DNA of 37,736 nucleotides from a virus (lineage: Duplodnaviria; Caudoviricetes). The stretch covers positions 1 to 37,736 of IMG/VR virus record IMGVR_UViG_3300032320_003318. The stretch is one strand, 5' to 3'. Position 1 is the stretch's first letter, and each line of letters opens with the position of its first letter. A program made the translations under genes and the position numbers. The notes below the pieces were generated by a model. That model worked only from the letters and a program-made list of their open reading frames with translations, did no database searches and was not told the DNA's origin. Shown here in pieces: positions 8,705 through 18,463 of the stretch.

Positions 8705-9274
8705 TTAAATTTTTATAATATAATTCAGTACTATTGTGGGCTGAACGTTATTATGTGCACCAGCGGCATCTAATGAAACTATACTCGTTGCCCCCACAGA
8801 AGCGCCCGCGCCGTTGCCAAGACCGGTTAATCTCGCTGATCCGCCACCGCCTTGGGTGTTATTGGCAATCGACGCGTATGTATAATGAAAGTGTGGAGCT
8901 ATGCCGGATTCTGTCGCTAATAGTAGGTGACTTTGCGCTCCGCCAGTGGCGCCGAGAGTAGAGCCGTTTACACCGTTGGATACAGCGGCGGATAATCGTG
9001 AAGGCGACGGTGGAGGGACTGGTGCTGCGGGGGCAATATTATTACTCATCGTCTCGAGCCCAGCAACTACCCGCCCTCTTAAATCGGGCAAATTAAATGT
9101 TGTACCATCATCGGTGGGAGTGTACGTAGTTTTAATTACGCTATAGAGGTCGCTGTATGATGCTCTAGATATTGCGGACCCGTCACACAAGAGCCATCCT
9201 GAGGGTAGGGGGTTATCACTATTAACAAGGCCAGCGTAGGGTAATATAATTCCTGATGGGTAGATAGCACTCAT
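8705..9274 (-). CDS. Stand-alone phage tail collar domain protein (PF07484) with HxH tip
   Basis: PSGIILPYAG, PSGWLLCDGS.ISR..YSDLY.VI, FNLPDLRGR, HFH and HNNVQPTIVLNYIIK motifs; TAAATA (9286-9281)-N6-ATG. Confidence 0.85.
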   Translation of the reverse strand: MSAIYPSGIILPYAGLVNSDNPLPSGWLLCDGSAISRASYSDLYSVIKTTYTPTDDGTTFNLPDLRGRVVAGLETMSNNIAPAAPVPPPSPSRLSAAVSNGVNGSTLGATGGAQSHLLLATESGIAPHFHYTYASIANNTQGGGGSARLTGLGNGAGASVGATSIVSLDAAGAHNNVQPTIVLNYIIKI

Positions 9275-9281
9275 ATAGTTT

Positions 9282-9807
9282 ATTTATTAGGTTTTAATAA
9301 TATAGTTTAAGATTATTGTCGGTTGAACGTTATTATGCGGTACAGTCGCATCTTCTGATACAATACTTGCTGCGCCGACACGCGCACCTCCAGGACCTGC
9401 AAGTCGAGTTAACCTATCTTGCTGGCCAGTGGTTTGAGATACATCATTAGTCGCCGCGTATGTATAATGCTGGTGAATAGGTATACCTATTTGAGATGAA
9501 GTTATTAAGTGAGATTCAGAGCCGGTAGTTAGTCCATTTGATATCAAACCAGATAATCGATTTACTATGCCTCCGCCGACTCCGTCGAAATTATCCATAT
9601 TATCAACTCCAGCTACAACCCGACCTCTTAAATCTGGAAGAGTAAATGTAGTACTAGTTATAGACCCAAATTGAGCTCGTATTATGTTAGATAGATCTGG
9701 ATAATCAGATATATTTTTAACAGATCCGTCACAAAGAAGCCATCCATCTGGAGATGCAATACCCGCATAAGGAACTATAGATCCGGTCGGGAGGAATACT
9801 GGAGATG
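9282..9807. repeat. Direct repeat copy 1 (collar-coding region)
   Basis: 9282-9371 is identical to 11464-11553 (90 nt); 9591-9807 matches 11770-11986 with about 6 mismatches counted by eye. Confidence 0.9.
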
Positions 9808-11377
9808 GAACGGTGGTGCTTTCTACCTCAAAGAGGGACTCAGCGAACCCGCCGATTTGGGAGTCTAAACCACTTAACCCCCCAAAACTGCTCCCGCTCG
9901 CAACAGACCTGCGAGCGACCGAAGGCGGGGATATAGCCGGCAAACAATTATCAGATAAAGATATAATAACTTTATCAATTATAACCCCGTTTGTATCTAA
10001 TTTAAAAATAGAATTATACTGACTACTACTAGTCGCGTTAGTATTTGTTAATAGCCCGTACCACCCCGGGCCCGGGGTATTAAAGATAGAGTCTCGTATG
10101 TCGTGTATAGGGAATGCAAAGTTAGCGTCACTAATGTTAATAAATTTGACTGTATCTCCTATCTTGACATTGCCTCTATAGGCACTAGGCTCTGTAATAT
10201 AGCATATACTACCCCTTACCGTAGCGAAGTAAGTATCTTTTTTTTCATATGGTAAAGAGTTAATCGTATACTGAGCTAGGGTTGGTTTATTTGTAGAGAT
10301 TGTAAATATTTTTTGGGCCCATCCTGACTTATGAATAAGAGGCACTTTTGCTACGGCCCTTAACGGTTGTAGTAGAATATCTCTCGGGCTATCCTCTCTA
10401 GGTGAAAGTATATCTGTATCAGACAGTTTATCTAAATAAAATCTAATTTGATTAAATTTTGCGCGTTGGAAAAAATTTGCTAATGAAGCAGAGAGTAATC
10501 TATTATCTAGATTCTCTAAACTATCATCTAATGGGTATGTACCGGAATTATTAATACCTGAATATAAATTGCCGAGAGTATATAGTTTAACACAGTATTG
10601 ACTATTACCATCAGCATAAAAATAACCGTTTAAATTTAAAGTAATGCTATTACCTGCGACTGTAAAAGTAGTTGCACCGGTACCGTTTATTATTGCTCGC
10701 TCCGACGGCAATAGCTGAACAAAAGACATATAAGACCAAACGGGCTGTTTTTCTTTTAGCCTTTCTGTTTTGAGCGGATCTTCAATAGTATTAAAAATAA
10801 AATCTAACATCTCATTGTAGCTAGAGAAAGTGCTGGGTATATTTCTTACAGGAACTGTGTCTATCTCAGGGGACAATGTTATACTCGCATTTAATTTATA
10901 TGTGCCCTTCGGCATAGAAATAATGCCAGTTTGGAGCGCTATTTGGTTATTGTTACAGCCGGGCTGAAACCCCCCAGCTGTTGAGTTATTTACGGACGCG
11001 CTATCAAAGTTAATTATATTATTTGCTTTAGAGAATGGCGACGGAGTATCCACGTTAGTTGTAATATACTCTTTATTTTGCAGCTGTACTAGAGATGTAT
11101 ATTTATTTAAATCTACAGTATAATTATTTTTCGTGGATGTGGTAATTTTAGATAATATTTCATTTAATTTAATTATAGCTAGAGCATTTAAATCACCGAC
11201 CTGCGCGGAATCCTCTAATAGAGATTGCCGAAAATTGATTTGTCTTGTTCGGATATAGATGTTATCAAAATCAAGTAAAAAACTACCTTTACGATTTCTT
11301 TCAATAATAATCTTCTCCCCGGATTTAAAATCCCGCTGGATAGGTAAATCATTTATCGTTGGTACATTTGATTTCAT
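9287..11377 (-). CDS. Modular tail fibre protein with C-terminal collar domain
   Basis: C-terminal PTGSIVPYAG..PDGWLLCDG..LPDLRGR..HQH..HNNVQPT; paralogue of 11469-13661. Confidence 0.8.
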   Translation of the reverse strand: MKSNVPTINDLPIQRDFKSGEKIIIERNRKGSFLLDFDNIYIRTRQINFRQSLLEDSAQVGDLNALAIIKLNEILSKITTSTKNNYTVDLNKYTSLVQLQNKEYITTNVDTPSPFSKANNIINFDSASVNNSTAGGFQPGCNNNQIALQTGIISMPKGTYKLNASITLSPEIDTVPVRNIPSTFSSYNEMLDFIFNTIEDPLKTERLKEKQPVWSYMSFVQLLPSERAIINGTGATTFTVAGNSITLNLNGYFYADGNSQYCVKLYTLGNLYSGINNSGTYPLDDSLENLDNRLLSASLANFFQRAKFNQIRFYLDKLSDTDILSPREDSPRDILLQPLRAVAKVPLIHKSGWAQKIFTISTNKPTLAQYTINSLPYEKKDTYFATVRGSICYITEPSAYRGNVKIGDTVKFINISDANFAFPIHDIRDSIFNTPGPGWYGLLTNTNATSSSQYNSIFKLDTNGVIIDKVIISLSDNCLPAISPPSVARRSVASGSSFGGLSGLDSQIGGFAESLFEVESTTVPSPVFLPTGSIVPYAGIASPDGWLLCDGSVKNISDYPDLSNIIRAQFGSITSTTFTLPDLRGRVVAGVDNMDNFDGVGGGIVNRLSGLISNGLTTGSESHLITSSQIGIPIHQHYTYAATNDVSQTTGQQDRLTRLAGPGGARVGAASIVSEDATVPHNNVQPTIILNYIIKT

Positions 11378-11427
11378 TAAAAAATTTAATAAAATAGTTT
11401 ACAGGGGGGTAAATTACTTATTATATA

Positions 11428-11435
11428 TATTTATA
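11428..11435 (-). promoter_or_regulatory. T4-type late promoter TATAAATA
   Basis: Perfect octamer 50 nt upstream of ATG 11377, in a very AT-rich spacer. Confidence 0.5.
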
Positions 11436-11463
11436 TTATTTTATATTAATCGAAACGAATACC

Positions 11464-11986
11464 ATTTATTAGGTTTTAATAATATAGTTTAAGATTATTG
11501 TCGGTTGAACGTTATTATGCGGTACAGTCGCATCTTCTGATACAATACTTGCTCTACCTACACTCGCGCCTCCAGGGCCTGCAAGTCGAGTTAACCTATC
11601 TTGCTGGCCAGTGTTTCGTGCTACATCATTAATCCCCGCGTATGTATAATGCTCGTGCTGAGGTATACCTATTTGAGATGAAGTTATTAAGTGAGATTCA
11701 GAGCCGGCTGTAGATCCAATAGATGTATAACTTAATCGCTCAGCAGCACCGCCTCCAATCCCAATAATATTATCCATATTATCAACTCCAGCTACAACCC
11801 GACCTCTTAAATCTGGAAGAGTAAATGTAGTACTAGTTATAGGTCCAAATTGAGCCCGTATTATATTAGATAGATCTGGGTAATCAGATATATTTTTAAC
11901 AGATCCGTCACAAAGAAGCCATCCATCTGGAGATGTAATACCCGCATAAGGAACTATAGATCCGGTCGGGAGGAATACTGGAGATG
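11464..11986. repeat. Direct repeat copy 2 (collar-coding region)
   Basis: Matches copy 1 at an offset of 2182, shifting to 2179 after a net 3-nt indel. Confidence 0.9.
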
Positions 11987-13661
11987 CTGATAATGTAGGG
12001 GCAAATAAACTATCGCCAAACCCAGACTCTTCCTGTATATATACAGGCACCGGGGGGCATTTTTTTGTTGTAGATATAATCCATCTGCGAGTGATTACAC
12101 CGTTTGCATCTACTCTAAAGATGGTATTATAGAAATCATTTACCTGCTTTTTTATATCTGACACTAGACCGTACCAGCCGGGATCGAGTATACTCAAGCT
12201 TGGATCTCTAATATCATAACGACTAGAATATCTACTTACATTCCCATCTCGATCGGGTATCTGACTAATATATCTAACACTATCACCGACTTTAGCATAC
12301 CCTTGATAGGATCCAGGCTCGGTAATATAACATTTAAATTCTCCTAAATAATCCCCGACCCCCGCTCGGTATTCAAAAGGTAACTTTTCGATTGTAGTTC
12401 TATTGAAGGGTATGCTATTAGTATTCGGAGCTCGCAACTTATTTACCCATCCTGCCTCATATATTAATGGTACGTGCAGAATATTAATAGGCTGTAGGGA
12501 TCTCAATGGAGAGTCTATTTTTGGTGACAGAGCATCTATATCTGATATTTTTTCGATTGTTATTCGAGTTTGGGTAAATTTAGTTCTATTAAAAAAATCG
12601 CTAACCCTCAACTTTATTCGATCTATTTGATCATTAGTGGTGTCTTGATTGTATGTATTACTAATAATACCTGGGCATAGTTCCCCGAGAGCATGCACCC
12701 TTAATCCATACTGCTGTATGGTCTCATTATAAAAATACCCGTTGAGATCGAGAGTGATGCTTCCTCCGACAACATTAAATGTTGTACATCCCGTACCATT
12801 TAATATAGTTTTCTCTGGAGAGGTGAGTCTATCAAACGATAAATATGACCATACTTGTTGTTGTTTTTTTGCGAGACTTACAATATCTGATTGCTCAATG
12901 GGAGTTTCTAATCCATCTCGATCTAAAAGACCGTACCCACTAAGAGTATTAAGATTTATACCAAACAAGGGTAGCGCATAATCGTATGCGGGATTAACTC
13001 CCGACTCTTTAAGGGAATTTAATAAATCTTTTTCTCGTAATGTAGATATCTGATCTAGAGAAGTATATTTTTGATAATCACTAACATCCTCTTGAATTTC
13101 AGGAGATAGGGTAATACTAGCTCCTATTTTATATGTACCTTTAGGCAAATTAATGACCCCTTTATCTATAATAACGTTATTACCATCACAGCTATTTTGA
13201 TCTATAGCGGAAAGGGCCGCATTATTTTGATTAATTGAGAAATTATTTGTAAGTATAAGATTATTTTTGCCTGTAATTTTTTTATTCGTACCCTTAATGG
13301 GTTGGGTATAAATGGAAGAGCTAGCAGATTGAGTATCCGTAGAAATATCTGTCGTATCAGATATGTATGAAACGGGCCTTTTGCTTGATAGGCTATTAAC
13401 GTTATTAACTAATTTAATATACTCGCTTTTAGCTAAATTTAAAATTTGCGAAACCTGATTTGAATCAGTGGATAAATCTCCCCGAAATGTAATCTGATCA
13501 GTTTTTATAAATATTCGATCAAAGTCGGCGACTTCTGGGAAATATGTAAATTCATTTCTAATATCAACTGGCAAGGGATATCTATATATTATTATCTTAT
13601 CCCCAGATTTAAAATCTTGAGTTATAGGTAGATCATTAATAGTTGGGATATTCGAAGACAT
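11469..13661 (-). CDS. Modular tail fibre protein with C-terminal collar domain
   Basis: Collar motifs as above with HEH; N-terminus MSSNIPTINDLP..DFKSGDKIII; VINLPKGTYKIGASITL. Confidence 0.8.
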   Translation of the reverse strand: MSSNIPTINDLPITQDFKSGDKIIIYRYPLPVDIRNEFTYFPEVADFDRIFIKTDQITFRGDLSTDSNQVSQILNLAKSEYIKLVNNVNSLSSKRPVSYISDTTDISTDTQSASSSIYTQPIKGTNKKITGKNNLILTNNFSINQNNAALSAIDQNSCDGNNVIIDKGVINLPKGTYKIGASITLSPEIQEDVSDYQKYTSLDQISTLREKDLLNSLKESGVNPAYDYALPLFGINLNTLSGYGLLDRDGLETPIEQSDIVSLAKKQQQVWSYLSFDRLTSPEKTILNGTGCTTFNVVGGSITLDLNGYFYNETIQQYGLRVHALGELCPGIISNTYNQDTTNDQIDRIKLRVSDFFNRTKFTQTRITIEKISDIDALSPKIDSPLRSLQPINILHVPLIYEAGWVNKLRAPNTNSIPFNRTTIEKLPFEYRAGVGDYLGEFKCYITEPGSYQGYAKVGDSVRYISQIPDRDGNVSRYSSRYDIRDPSLSILDPGWYGLVSDIKKQVNDFYNTIFRVDANGVITRRWIISTTKKCPPVPVYIQEESGFGDSLFAPTLSASPVFLPTGSIVPYAGITSPDGWLLCDGSVKNISDYPDLSNIIRAQFGPITSTTFTLPDLRGRVVAGVDNMDNIIGIGGGAAERLSYTSIGSTAGSESHLITSSQIGIPQHEHYTYAGINDVARNTGQQDRLTRLAGPGGASVGRASIVSEDATVPHNNVQPTIILNYIIKT

Positions 13662-13666
13662 ACATT

Positions 13667-14506
13667 CTATCTACTTATAAACGTTCTCTTCTTATTACCA
13701 TACTCAGACGCGCCCAGCAGCTGGTAATTACCGTGGAAATCGATAATTTTGTTAGATTCTATCTTAATGAATGTATCAAACGTAATACCAACTAATGGCT
13801 CTATAACATATGGCGTACTATCGAGAGACACTACCCCATACCAGCCATCCTTTAGAGAAAATAAATCAAAGTTATATACTTCAATAGGGTTATAGTAATT
13901 AGTAATATAGTTTTTTGATATTATTTCCCCGTATCCTTTATCAAATTTTATATCTTTTGAGCTATTTTCAATAGAGACAGGAGTATATTGTTGTATATCT
14001 AAATTTTTAGCAAATATATAGCTGCCCTCTTTTAAGACCCCGTTTGGAGAAGGGGTAAATGATTGGATATCGCCAGACCATGCTGTCCATGTTAGGTTAC
14101 CATCAGCCAGTGGAGATTTTCCAAGCGCATTATCTGTATAGCTATCTAAAAATCTAGGGGTTATATTTTCTCTGTATCTCTCTCGCCAGGAGCTATATAT
14201 TTGGTATCTTCGGCAAGCCGCGGCCATCCAATAAAACTCTACGTTAGGTCTCCATGCCCGGGGATCAGTTCTGCTCGTTGGCCGGTTTAAAATAGTTGAT
14301 CTTATCGCTTCATATGGATTCGAGACACTAACACTACTAACCTCGTCTAAAATACCGGGATAGTCGAGATTAGACTCCCCCTCTATATTATCCCAAGACC
14401 ACCCATCTACGTAAAATAAAAATCCAGAAAAATTAAAGACTTGGCTAGACGGTATATCGCTATATTCTGGTATAGTAGAAGTTTTTATATAGTTTTTCTG
14501 GCTCAT
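13667..14506 (-). CDS. Fibre-array protein sharing the GWYG module
   Basis: DGWYGVVS...FDTFIKIESNKII resembles PGWYGL...YNxIFxxDxNGVI in the two long paralogues. Confidence 0.5.
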   Translation of the reverse strand: MSQKNYIKTSTIPEYSDIPSSQVFNFSGFLFYVDGWSWDNIEGESNLDYPGILDEVSSVSVSNPYEAIRSTILNRPTSRTDPRAWRPNVEFYWMAAACRRYQIYSSWRERYRENITPRFLDSYTDNALGKSPLADGNLTWTAWSGDIQSFTPSPNGVLKEGSYIFAKNLDIQQYTPVSIENSSKDIKFDKGYGEIISKNYITNYYNPIEVYNFDLFSLKDGWYGVVSLDSTPYVIEPLVGITFDTFIKIESNKIIDFHGNYQLLGASEYGNKKRTFISR

Positions 14507-14508
14507 AT

Positions 14509-16443
14509 TTATCTCGCGTTATCGGGGAAGCTTCTTCCCGGTCCCCATATAATTCTTACTGCTCCATTACCCCCGTGTTGTTTTGATATACTACGACCGA
14601 TAGTAGCGCCCATAAATTCCCCTTTACCACCACCACCGCCGCCATAGTTAAATCCAAATGAATCACGATCGGTAAGGTCTATGCCATCGTGTAAATTTCT
14701 TGAGCCAGTACGGCCTGATTTACCGTTGGCTCTTGAAGGCGGGGCATTGCCCCCGGCGCCATCTACTCCTTTTCCAAATAATCCGACGCCACCGCCCCCA
14801 CCCCCAGCAGTACCGGTTCCTTTACCACCGGAGCCTCCTCCGCCACCCCCGCCCTTGCCATCTCCGCCGTTAGCTCCAAAATTACCACCACGACCACCAT
14901 CCCCCGTATACCCTCCTGCGCCGCCGCCTCCGCCGCCGGCAGTTGCATCTTCAGGAGTGGCTCCCGTGCCGCCGCGGCCGCCGTCGCCGCCGCCGACGAG
15001 TATTGATCTGGTGCTTGAACTCCCTCTGTTCGGAGGCTGGGTTGTATTATATGCTCGGCCCCCATGGCCCCCGGATGCTCTAAATACAGTGCGGCCAGCA
15101 TATGTTATTTCTGTGTCCCCTCCATCTGTACCGTCCGTATCTAAATTATCGATATTCGATCTATAAGAGGTTCCTCCAGCACCTACATCAATTGTTAATA
15201 TCGATCGGGGGGTTACCTTAAAGTCATTTCTCCACCTCAAATCGCCCCCATTGCCTCCATTCGGCACCCTATCATTAGTCGCGGCGCCTCCGCCGCCACC
15301 GCCTACCGCTACAATGGATATTGTATTTACATTTTCAGGCACCTTCCATTTAAATTTACCAGGGGTACTAAATGTTTTCTGCCCGCTAGGCTCTGGCGCT
15401 CTTGTTGGAGTTACGATATCAGGATCAGGGTTGATAAGGATAGGGGGATCGACGATCGTCGGGGAAATAGGAATAACGGGTCGCCCGGTGAGAGGCGGCG
15501 CGATAATAAATTTGCTCTCCGGCCCCGTTACATCGAACTCAAACGGATTATTTGTTACTTTTTCAAATATGAGTTGTATAGGGTTGTAGAGAGCGGGAGG
15601 CAAATCCGTGTCGTTATCTGGATTTGTATAGCCGACAACATAGGACCCTGCTGTATGTATTTTAAATCTTATATTTGATGGCTCGCATAATGATATATAA
15701 CCATACATATATGTTGTATGGGTTGAATCAATCTCATAATTATTGGCTTGAAACGTCTCCCATTCAGACTGCGTACCACACCAAGTCGATGGAGAGGCTG
15801 TAATAGTAATTTCAGGAGCGTGGGTGATAATAGGAGTACTAACTAAGAGCGACTGGGTTGGTAGATTATTCTTAAAAAGTTCTAAAACTAAATATCCTCT
15901 ATTGCCATTACCGGTAAATTTACCGGTCGGTAAGAGTCTGCCGGCAGGTCCAGATTGAGTAAATGACCCTACACACTCTACTTTATAAATGCCTGTAGAT
16001 AAATTAATATAGTTTTCAGATACTGGCCCGTCGCCAATTGACATATCCTTACTAGTTTCTATACTATTATCTATTTCTACCGGCTGTATTGTACTAACTT
16101 GAAAGAAATTTAAGGATAAATCTGTAGTAGCGACGCCCTCCTGGCCGATAGTTAATCCAGTAGAATTAGTATATTCCTTATAATATAAACAAAGAATTTC
16201 CGGAACATTAACAGTAGATAATCTATCTTCGACATAATCAATTATATCGCCAGAGATTTCTTGAGTTAGTAGGATGTTATCATCTAAATCATTTGCAATC
16301 TCAAAATTGCTTTTATCGAAAATTAAATTTCCAAATTCTGTAGTTACGGTTCCTTTTGATGCTGTCTCAACAATAATTCTATCAGTTTCACTGATTGCAG
16401 AATTTATTTCAGGCAAGGCTCGTCTTAAATTACCAGTAGACAT
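14509..16443 (-). CDS. Fibre-family protein with Pro-rich linker and C-terminal glycine-rich domain
   Basis: N-anchor (LPE...DRIIVET..G) and YINLSTGIYKVECVGSF; TFSTPGKFKWKVPENVNTISIVAVGGGGGG...GGNGAVRIIW is typical of glycine-rich phage tail domains. Confidence 0.75.
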   Translation of the reverse strand: MSTGNLRRALPEINSAISETDRIIVETASKGTVTTEFGNLIFDKSNFEIANDLDDNILLTQEISGDIIDYVEDRLSTVNVPEILCLYYKEYTNSTGLTIGQEGVATTDLSLNFFQVSTIQPVEIDNSIETSKDMSIGDGPVSENYINLSTGIYKVECVGSFTQSGPAGRLLPTGKFTGNGNRGYLVLELFKNNLPTQSLLVSTPIITHAPEITITASPSTWCGTQSEWETFQANNYEIDSTHTTYMYGYISLCEPSNIRFKIHTAGSYVVGYTNPDNDTDLPPALYNPIQLIFEKVTNNPFEFDVTGPESKFIIAPPLTGRPVIPISPTIVDPPILINPDPDIVTPTRAPEPSGQKTFSTPGKFKWKVPENVNTISIVAVGGGGGGAATNDRVPNGGNGGDLRWRNDFKVTPRSILTIDVGAGGTSYRSNIDNLDTDGTDGGDTEITYAGRTVFRASGGHGGRAYNTTQPPNRGSSSTRSILVGGGDGGRGGTGATPEDATAGGGGGGAGGYTGDGGRGGNFGANGGDGKGGGGGGGSGGKGTGTAGGGGGGVGLFGKGVDGAGGNAPPSRANGKSGRTGSRNLHDGIDLTDRDSFGFNYGGGGGGKGEFMGATIGRSISKQHGGNGAVRIIWGPGRSFPDNAR

Positions 16444-16449
16444 CAATTT

Positions 16450-16457
16450 TATTTATA
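16450..16457 (-). promoter_or_regulatory. T4-type late promoter TATAAATA for the fibre array
   Basis: TATAAATA-N6-ATG(16443). Confidence 0.7.
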
Positions 16458-16465
16458 CAAAAAAG

Positions 16466-16493
16466 TTGATATATATACTTACTATATTATTAT
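16466..16493 (+). promoter_or_regulatory. Sigma70-like promoter of the glycan cluster
   Basis: TTGATA-N16-TATTAT-N6-ATG(16500). Confidence 0.6.
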
Positions 16494-16499
16494 ATTTGT

Positions 16500-17342
16500 A
16501 TGGCAGATAAAGTAGGAATCGCGTTTATTACTTGTAATAGAGAAGACTTTTTAAGGCAATCGGTAGACTCTTTTAGAGAGGATATATCCAATCTCAATGA
16601 CCCGTATGTCATTATTGTAAATGACGGAAAACCGTTGCAGGGAGACTTTAAAAATGTTTTTACCAATAAGAAAAATTTAGGGGTAGGTAAAACAAAAAAT
16701 ATCGCTATCAAAAAACTCTATGAAAAAGGGTGCGATCATATTTTTATAATTGAGGATGATATTATAAAAAATAACGGAAGCGATAAGAATGTTTTTGAAG
16801 AATATATAAAGTACAGCCGATCTACCGGGATACAGCATTTTATGTTCGGCTATCACGGGCCGGCAAATAAGGGAAATATATCTAAGGGCTCTCCTCTTCC
16901 GCGCTCTATATTTGAATATTCAGATGAAATAAGAGTGCTTCTGAATCTTCATTGCGTGGGCGCGTTTTGTTATTATTCTGCTCGGTGTATTAGTAAGGTT
17001 GGCTATATGGATGATGGCTATCATAATGCTTTCGAACATGTGGATCATTCATATATGGTTGCTAAGGCAGATATGATACCAGGATATTGGTGGTGGCCGG
17101 ATATTGATAAGAGTTATGAATTACTCGATGAAATAAAATGCAGTGAGGAATCATCTACTATAAGACCAAGAAGTGATTGGAAGGAAAATATTATGAAAGG
17201 GGCGGAATATTTCTATAAGAAGCACGGTTATAGGCCTGCGTGGGATAACTTCGTGCCGGATCAATCAGAGCAAAAAATAAAAGAGCGGCTAATTGATATA
17301 TTTAAAAAATATAGTGTTGATTTGAATTTGTACGAAGCTTAA
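16500..17342 (+). CDS. Glycosyltransferase family 2 (GT-A)
   Basis: IAFITCNR, IIVNDG, NLGVGKTKN, IFIIEDD and VGYMDD...FEHVD motifs. Confidence 0.85.
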   Translation: MADKVGIAFITCNREDFLRQSVDSFREDISNLNDPYVIIVNDGKPLQGDFKNVFTNKKNLGVGKTKNIAIKKLYEKGCDHIFIIEDDIIKNNGSDKNVFEEYIKYSRSTGIQHFMFGYHGPANKGNISKGSPLPRSIFEYSDEIRVLLNLHCVGAFCYYSARCISKVGYMDDGYHNAFEHVDHSYMVAKADMIPGYWWWPDIDKSYELLDEIKCSEESSTIRPRSDWKENIMKGAEYFYKKHGYRPAWDNFVPDQSEQKIKERLIDIFKKYSVDLNLYEA

Positions 17343-17351
17343 ATAAAAAAT

Positions 17352-17669
17352 ATGGAAGAACTACCTTGGACCTGGAAACTTGATAAATCATACGAAAACG
17401 GTATTGTAGACGCAACAATACATTCATGTGATAATAAAACGCAATTTAACGTAAGAGGAATTCCCGGAAAGATTGTAGATGGGTTTGTAGCGTTGCTGAC
17501 CAGTTCCTATAAATGGGGCTGCTCAGAGGTTGCCGATCGAGGGCCCTCTGAGGAATTAAATGAGTTGCGAGAGCAAAAGATTCGCGATGCTCAAGCAATC
17601 GGAGGCCTCAAGGGTACTATTACTAGGCTTAAAAACAAGTATGGGGATGGTATTGATGGTATTGAATGA
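17352..17669 (+). CDS. Hypothetical protein with a C-terminal coiled coil
   Basis: 105-aa ORF; TAAATA (17340-17345)-N6-ATG; ATGA overlap with the next gene. Confidence 0.55.
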   Translation: MEELPWTWKLDKSYENGIVDATIHSCDNKTQFNVRGIPGKIVDGFVALLTSSYKWGCSEVADRGPSEELNELREQKIRDAQAIGGLKGTITRLKNKYGDGIDGIE

Positions 17670-18463
17670 GTATTCAAGATAAAATTGCATTTATATCGCA
17701 TATAAAAATTGATAATAGCCTGAGAGAAAAAAATATTAGGTCTATAATTAAATTTTATAAATCTAACTTTAAAGGGAGCGAATTTATAGGTGTCGAGGAA
17801 TCCTCATCTGGAGTACAGCCTGATTGGTATAAAGATTGGGATCAGTATATTACAATAAGCAGTGAAGATTATACCCGCAAAACATATTGTTATAATTTAG
17901 GGGCCCAACAAACAAAAAAAGATATACTAGTATTTTTAGATGTAGATATTATTGTTAACCCTATTTTTTTACTAGAAAATATTAACAATCTCTATAATAG
18001 CGGCGAGCTTGAATGTTTAATTGGGTATAATGGGGCAGCAATTTACCTAAATAGTAATGGTGAGTCTGATTTTTTAAAATCCAATAATATAGAGGATTTA
18101 TACTCTAAGATAAAGGGTCTAAAAAATACTAATGATTCAAATGAATATGGTATTCTAGGCAATACTCAGGCAGTCGGAGGGTGTTTAATACTTACTAGAA
18201 AAACGTTTAACCTCATCAATGGATTTAATCCATTTTTTAAAGGGTGGGGATATGAGGATAATGAAATAATTTCGAGAGCTCATCGCCTAGGTGTTAATGT
18301 ACTAAAGAGCAATATCTCAAATGACTACCTGTTTCACCTACCTCACAGTAATTTAGCAGAGAATAAATCTCATCACAGCTTTTATAAAAATAATGAAGCT
18401 ATAGTACAGTTTGTCGAGTCTTTAGAAAAAGAACAACTTAAAAGGTATATTAAACAATGGTAA
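17666..18463 (+). CDS. GT7C/GT2-like glycosyltransferase (galactosyltransferase C-terminal motif)
   Basis: YNLGA, VFLDVD and GGCLIL...INGFNPFFKGWGYEDNE motifs. Confidence 0.85.
   Translation: MSIQDKIAFISHIKIDNSLREKNIRSIIKFYKSNFKGSEFIGVEESSSGVQPDWYKDWDQYITISSEDYTRKTYCYNLGAQQTKKDILVFLDVDIIVNPIFLLENINNLYNSGELECLIGYNGAAIYLNSNGESDFLKSNNIEDLYSKIKGLKNTNDSNEYGILGNTQAVGGCLILTRKTFNLINGFNPFFKGWGYEDNEIISRAHRLGVNVLKSNISNDYLFHLPHSNLAENKSHHSFYKNNEAIVQFVESLEKEQLKRYIKQW

Noticed and set aside
11388-11422. Inverted repeat around the G-run upstream of the 11377 gene as a terminator
   Set aside because: Imperfect and almost entirely A-T, so expected by chance in this spacer.
9282-11986. Diversity-generating retroelement TR/VR pair
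   Set aside because: Mismatches involve all four bases rather than adenines only, both copies are coding gene ends, and there is no reverse transcriptase in the window.
14506-14511. TAAATA late box before the 14506 gene
   Set aside because: It overlaps the upstream stop and the ATG itself, so it cannot drive this gene; more likely a stop/start junction.
14681-15589. Pro-rich plus-strand ORFs and the alternative-frame ORF 14763-15101
   Set aside because: Shadows of the GGN-rich glycine-domain gene on the minus strand.
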